A stretch of DNA of 62,779 bases, filler included, from Candidatus Tectimicrobiota bacterium (GTDB taxonomy: Bacteria > JACPSX01): assembly GCA_016193065.1 (NCBI GenBank). It is 7 parts of 7 records of this genome, joined end to end, with 100 filler letters (N's around TTAATTAATTAA, not from the genome) between each part and the next. Parts side by side here need not be neighbours in the genome. Positions count along the whole stretch, not along the records: positions 57,761 to 62,779 come from JACPSX010000130.1; 6 more parts are not named here. One strand, given 5' to 3'. Numbering within the stretch: position 1 is the stretch's first letter; each line of letters opens with the position of its first letter. Under the pieces are notes generated by a model, which made no database searches, was not told where the DNA came from, and saw only the letters and a program-made list of their open reading frames with translations. A program made the translations under genes and the position numbers. Of the stretch, positions 57,761-62,779 are shown piece after piece.

Positions 57761-59457
57761 ACCCCGGAATCGAACCAGACATCGAGGATGTCCATCTCCT
57801 TGTAAAACGTCTGGCCGTCGCAGTATTGGCAATGCGTCCCCGGCAACAGGAGTTGGTCAGCATCCTGCTCGAACCACACATCAGCCCCATGCTGCTCTAC
57901 CAGAGCAGCCACACGTTCTGCCACCTCCTGGCTGGCTAAAGGCGCGTCGCAGCCCCGACAATAAAACACCGTGATCGGAACTCCCCAGGCCCGCTGCCGG
58001 GAGATACACCAGTCGGGGCGGGTGGCGATCATGTTGGAGATCCGCTCCTCTCCCCACGCGGGGATCCACTGCACCCGCTTGATTTCCTCCAGGGAGTTAC
58101 GGCGCAGGTCGTCTTTTTCCATCGAAATGAACCATTGGGAAGTAGCGCGATAGATAACCGGATTCTTGCAGCGCCAGCAATGGGGGTAAGAGTGGGTAAT
58201 CGTCTCTTCCAGCAGCAGGTGTCCCGAATCTTTCAGTCTCTTGATGATAACGGGGTTGGCATCCCACACGCTCTTGCCCTCCAGCCAGCTCCCCGCTTCC
58301 CGGGTAAAGCACCCACGGTCATCGACAGGGCTATAAACCGCCAGATCGTACTTGTCCGCGATCTCGTAGTCTTCCTGGCCATGCCCGGGGGCCGTGTGAA
58401 CGCAGCCGGTTCCCTGGTCCAACGTCACATGAGTTCCAAGGACCAATGAAGAAAGCCGGTGGCCAGACGAATTTACGTTCCCTCGCGCCCTCAGCCGATT
58501 AGAAGGCGAAGGAAGAAGGGGGTGATCCCCACTCACAAACGGATGCTGCGTTTCGATCCCCTCCAGAACCGTCCCTTTCCAGGTTCCGAGAATTTCATAA
58601 TCCCCAAACCCGAGCTTGCGGGCCACCTCGGCAACAAGCTCCTTGGCAATCAGGTACACTTCCTCCCCTACAGCCACGGCGCTGTACTCGAAGTCCGGGT
58701 GGAGGCAGATGGCTAGATTTGCAGGGAGGGTCCAAGGGGTCGTGGTCCAGATGATGACAGAAACCTTTTTCCCCTTTAGCTCCGGCAGTCTTGCATTGAC
58801 GGCGGAATCTTCCACGGGGAATTTCACGTAAATGGAGGGGGAGGTGTGCTCGTCGTACTCAACTTCGGCTTCGGCCAGTGCTGTCACGCATTCCGGGCAC
58901 CAGTGCACGGGCTTCTTGCCGCGGTAAACGCTCCCCTTCCCGATGAATTTCCCGAGCTCCCGCACGATCGTGGCTTCGTATCCGTAGCTCATGGTGAGAT
59001 AAGGATGATCCCAGTCGGCAAACCCGCCGAGGCGCTTGAACTCCTCGCGCTGGATGTCGATATAGGAATTGGCGAACTCCCGGCAGTGCTGGCGGATCTC
59101 TTTCTTGCTCAGCTCCCGCTTCCGGGGCCCCAGCTCCTGGTCGACCTGGTGCTCGATCGGCAACCCATGGCAATCCCAGCCGGGCACAAAGACCGCGTCC
59201 TGCCCTTCCATGGTTTTCACTTTCACCACAAAGTCTTTGAGAATCTTGTTAAGGGCCGTGCCGATGTGAATATGGCCGTTGGCGTACGGGGGGCCGTCGT
59301 GGAGAATGTACAGCGGGCGGCCCCGGGCCGCGCGCCGGATTCTTCCGTAAACATCCATCTCGTCCCAGCGCCGGAGCAGTTCAGGCTCCTTTTTGACCAG
59401 ATTGGCTTTCATGGGGAAGTCGGTGCGGGGAAGATTCAAGGTATCCTTCACGTCCAT
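57761..59457 (-). CDS. ileS: isoleucine--tRNA ligase, 3'-truncated
   Basis: [79 protein letters not shown]. Confidence 0.97.
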
Positions 59458-59477
59458 GCTGACCCTTCCTGCATAAT

Positions 59478-59509
59478 AAAAAACCTCCCAGACCATGAGG
59501 CTGAGAGGT
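59478..59509 (-). terminator. terminator-like hairpin in the ileS 5' leader
   Basis: ACCTCTCAG-cctcatggt-CTGGGAGGT-TTTTT, between a TTGACA-N18-TATCCA promoter (59549-59578) and the ileS start. Confidence 0.55.
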
Positions 59510-59597
59510 CCCTTTTGCTGTGGCCTGAGGCGCTTCTAAGCAACACTTTGGATACCACAGGGCCTGGAGCTCTGTCAAGGTGGATTTAATGCTCCAG

Positions 59598-60750
59598 CTA
59601 TAGGCAGGAAACGCGGTCCTGGCAGTATTGCTGCAATTTAGTCTGGTCGACCGTAACCCCCAGGCCAGGGAAGTTCAGAACCGGCGCGCGTCCCCGGGCT
59701 CCAAAGGTGAGATCTTCCCGAACAATATCTTCCGTAAGGACGTAACGGTTAAAGGAGCCTTCGGCAAAGAGAAGGTCCGGGGTCCGGGCGGCAAAGTGCC
59801 GGCCCGCTGCCGACAGGATCCCCGTTTCCCCCACCTGGCAACCCAGTTGGCAGGGGATTCCCGAGGCCCGGGCAAAGCCGTAAATCCGCAAGGCAGCCAA
59901 GAGCCCGCCGCACTTGGAAATCCTCAGATTGAAGCCCCCGCAGGCCCCGGCAGCGATCAGGCTCCGGGCATCTTCGAGGGAAACCACTGATTCATCGGCA
60001 ATGACCCGAATGGGGACGGATTCGCTGACTGCCCGCAACCCTTGCCAATCCCCTTTGGGAACCGGCTGCTCGATGGCATCAATCCCGTATCCCTCCAGCA
60101 CCTTAAGTTTCGCGATCGCGTCGCGAGAGTTCCAGGCCCCATTGGCATCCAGGCGCAGGGAGATTTCCTCTCCCAACTTCCGGCGCACGCTCATGACCGT
60201 GTCCAGGTCCCGGGATCTCCCCACCTTCACCTTTACACTGCGCACCTCCTGAGCCCTGACCATATCCAGGATTATTTCCAGTGAACCGGGCTCCTCAAAC
60301 GGGATCACGGCGCTGTACTCGACCGAGTCTCTGCGGCTCCCTCCCAACATATCCGCGCCGGACAGCCAGCTCCACGGCACAGCGGGCCGAGGGATACGCC
60401 GTAACCCGCGGATTTCTATCCAGTCGTTCCAGGTCGTTCAGCAAGTCACCGGCAGTCTGCCAGCACCTGTCAGCGAGCCCCTGGAGCAGGAAGCGGGCGG
60501 CCGCCGCTGCCGTCGCCATATTCTCCCCAGTCAGGTATTCCCGGGGCACTGCTTCCCCGAACCCCTCAACCCCGGCTCTATTCACGACCCGGACCACGAG
60601 GTTGTCCGAAGTACTGCGCACCGCCTGGAAGTGACCCACGGTTCGTCGCAGGGGAATCTGCAACTTCCAGAGCTCGGCCTTGGCAATTTCCACTGGGATG
60701 GTTTGGGGCCGGACTAGAAGATGCGAAAAGACGGGTAAAAAAGGGTTCAT
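59598..60750 (-). pseudogene. enolase-superfamily (dipeptide epimerase/MLE-like) protein, frameshifted near 60360 (possibly an assembly error)
   Basis: GFGE.VPREY.TGE, ARCAVELA; then KVKVG, RLDANGAW, EQP, ADES, NLRISKCGG, GCQVGE, PGLGV. Confidence 0.82.
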
Positions 60751-61766
60751 GCAGCCGTTCCAGGCATGCGGTGCTCCGGTTGAACCCCGCGAACCCCAGG
60801 TCGCGAGTACCCTTGCCTGCGGGGGTGAGACGGAACTTGATGAGATATGAAATCAGCACCTGCCCGCAAACGCTTCCAATTCTTCCACTGGTACCATTGA
60901 TCCGGATACTGCAGGATGTATTTTTCCAAAAGGTTCAGGAGACCGCAAGTAACCGAACCCGGGGAGAATTCAGATGCTTCCAGAGGTTCAACGCTGAGAT
61001 GGTATCCTCCGAGGCCGTTTCTGATCAAAAAAATTCCCAGGACCTGAGCTCCAGTTTTTCTCTGCCAGCGATCGATGCTGCGGTCTATGTACTGCAAGAG
61101 ATCGATGCTGCGGTCTATGTAAACAGGAACACCGAACATACTCCCACAGCCGGCTGTGGAGGGATTAATACTCTCCACCTCATCACACTCGGTAATAACG
61201 ATCTTGTTCCGCTTCAAGATCTTCGCCAGTCGGAAGAACGAGGTTCCCTCGTCGGCGTCGACCGGGGTAATCCCAACCCTGGCCGCTCTCTCTTCAAGGC
61301 TTCGTCTTAGAGAAGGGGTTTTGAACTTGACCACCATGTAAGGATGGTAGTGCTGTAAAGCCAGCACCGCGGGCAGAAATTCGACTCCACCAAAGTGGGC
61401 TGTAACCAAGAGAACCCCTCTTCCTTGCTTCAATGCACGGTCGATATGCTCCATGCCCGAAATGCGAACCTTTTTCCGGAGGTAGGTGACGACCCCCTCG
61501 TACTCGTGATAGGCCTGGAAGAGTTTTTCGGCATAATGATGAAAGATGCCTCGAAAGGTGGCCCGGATGATCCGTTCCAGGTCGCCGGCTGTCTTCCGGC
61601 CTTGCAAAACTTCTAGGATGTTTTCCACGACGAGGCGGCGCTCCCCCGGCCGCAGCCAGAAATAGATTTTCCCCAATAGTAGGAGATACGTGTAAGACAA
61701 CAGGGGGGAAAGGAAAGAAAAAATAAAGCGGTTTAGAGGGAGCTGAAAGAACTCACTGATGCCCAT
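60747..61766 (-). CDS. lysophospholipid acyltransferase (LpxL/HtrB-like)
   Basis: G.EHI..AL..GRGVLLVTAHFGGVE, YPDQWYQW. Confidence 0.85.
   Translation of the reverse strand: MGISEFFQLPLNRFIFSFLSPLLSYTYLLLLGKIYFWLRPGERRLVVENILEVLQGRKTAGDLERIIRATFRGIFHHYAEKLFQAYHEYEGVVTYLRKKVRISGMEHIDRALKQGRGVLLVTAHFGGVEFLPAVLALQHYHPYMVVKFKTPSLRRSLEERAARVGITPVDADEGTSFFRLAKILKRNKIVITECDEVESINPSTAGCGSMFGVPVYIDRSIDLLQYIDRSIDRWQRKTGAQVLGIFLIRNGLGGYHLSVEPLEASEFSPGSVTCGLLNLLEKYILQYPDQWYQWKNWKRLRAGADFISHQVPSHPRRQGYSRPGVRGVQPEHRMPGTAA
61070..61121. repeat. 22-bp direct repeat with a 30-bp period inside the acyltransferase
   Basis: GATCGATGCTGCGGTCTATGTA at 61070-61091 and 61100-61121 (YIDRSID twice). Confidence 0.9.
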
Positions 61767-62010
61767 GCGGCCCTCCATGGCCACCACGGATCCGAAATCA
61801 CTTCCCCCCAATTATGGAAAAGAAAACGACGGTGAGAAACGAACCGTCCCCTGCGATCCGGGGATCGCCCCTGTAGAAAAAAGCAAAGGAGAATTATTCT
61901 CAAACTACTTTCGCTCGAAGGATCGCCCGGAGTCTGGGAGACTCATGGGCAACAAGCGTGTCCTTCGAGAAACGAGATGAGTAAAAGGCAAAGGGGAGGT
62001 CCCCTCAGCC

Positions 62011-62779
62011 TCAACTCCCAACCGTTCGGTGTTGGTGAATGGGTATGACTCGCGCGGGAGTCGCAGAGCCATCTTCTACCAACCCGAGAAGTACCCTGGC
62101 AACTTCCGGATCAAATTGCTTGCCTGAGTTCACCCTGAGCTCCCGGCAGGCGTCTCGTAACGCTAAAGCTCTCCGGTAAGGTCGATCAGTGGTCATGGCG
62201 TCAAATGCGTCCGCCACGGATACAATGCGGGCTTCAATGGGAATCTCTTCTCCTGCCAACCCTTCCGGGTAACCTTTGCCGTCTATGCGCTCGTGGTGGC
62301 TCTTGATGATGGCAATCTCATTCTTGGGGAGGTGAAGGGGGTCGATGATTTTAGCTCCCACAGTCGTGTGCCGGCAAATGAGATCCCATTCATTTGGGCT
62401 CAACTTCCCCGGCTTCACGAGAATCGTCTCCGGAACGCCGATCTTCCCGATATCATGCATCATGCTCATCTGTCCCAGCCTCTCGCATTCCGTTTCGGAC
62501 AGGCCAAGACGCCTGGCAATTTCCGTGGCATGCCGGGTAACCCGCTCCGAATGACCTTTCGTGTAGGAATCCTTGGCTTCCAGGGCGAGGGCGAGCGACT
62601 GGATACTTCTCATGTAGCTCGCGTTAATGTCGTGATAAAGCTTGGCATTATCGAGAGCGACTGCAATCTGGTTGGCGTAGCTGAAGAGGTAGTCTCGATC
62701 TTCCTGCGAAATCCGCCCCTCGCTCTTCCCTTTGTCGGCTCCCAGGACTCCGATAACCCGGTTGCGGCTGATCAAAGGG
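62011..62779 (-). CDS. GAF plus HD-GYP c-di-GMP phosphodiesterase, 5'-truncated
   Basis: ANQIAVALDNA.LY, EAKDSYT.GHSERV, HDIGKIG, HHER.DG.GYP.GL, ADAFDAMT..RPYR. Confidence 0.93.
   Translation of the reverse strand, partial: PLISRNRVIGVLGADKGKSEGRISQEDRDYLFSYANQIAVALDNAKLYHDINASYMRSIQSLALALEAKDSYTKGHSERVTRHATEIARRLGLSETECERLGQMSMMHDIGKIGVPETILVKPGKLSPNEWDLICRHTTVGAKIIDPLHLPKNEIAIIKSHHERIDGKGYPEGLAGEEIPIEARIVSVADAFDAMTTDRPYRRALALRDACRELRVNSGKQFDPEVARVLLGLVEDGSATPARVIPIHQHRTVGS

Noticed and set aside
59460-59590. T-box riboswitch upstream of ileS
   Set aside because: The leader is too short and lacks the UGGNACC T-box sequence.

Overview
The window is not one locus. It is seven unrelated draft-genome contigs (A 1-27074, B 27175-30751, C 30852-43963, D 44064-48999, E 49100-52826, F 52927-57660, G 57761-62779) joined by artificial 100-nt N44-TTAATTAATTAA-N44 linkers. 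The source is a GC-rich, probably diderm bacterium (DcaP porin, LpxL-like acyltransferase). Contig A is an F420-centred catabolic island: cofD-cofC-cofE-npdG-cofG-cofH, an FrhB/FpoF-like protein, four luciferase-like (LLM) oxidoreductases, an enamidase, two DUF1185 proteins, an M24-fold hydrolase, two ABC importers, and a nested mobile-element scar next to a duplicated cofH 3' end. Contig C holds the most striking system, a TetR-preceded nitrogenase-like operon nifB - nifH1 - nifH2 - D-like - K-like with no nifEN. Its two Fe proteins have different degenerate ATPase motifs, its beta subunit lacks two of three P-cluster cysteines, and its alpha subunit keeps the cofactor cysteine but lacks the N2-reduction residues. 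This looks like an uncharacterised NifB-dependent reductase, not a nitrogenase. The other contigs carry NDP-sugar genes plus a B12 radical SAM enzyme (B), mer genes, a secreted repeat protein and an ECF pair (D), toxin-antitoxin cassettes, GST and ALDH (E), a decayed co-oriented integron with several TA modules (F), and ileS, an enolase-family gene, an acyltransferase and an HD-GYP protein (G). About ten genes have short internal deletions that may be assembly artefacts. All family calls come from motif recognition by eye; no database search was run.
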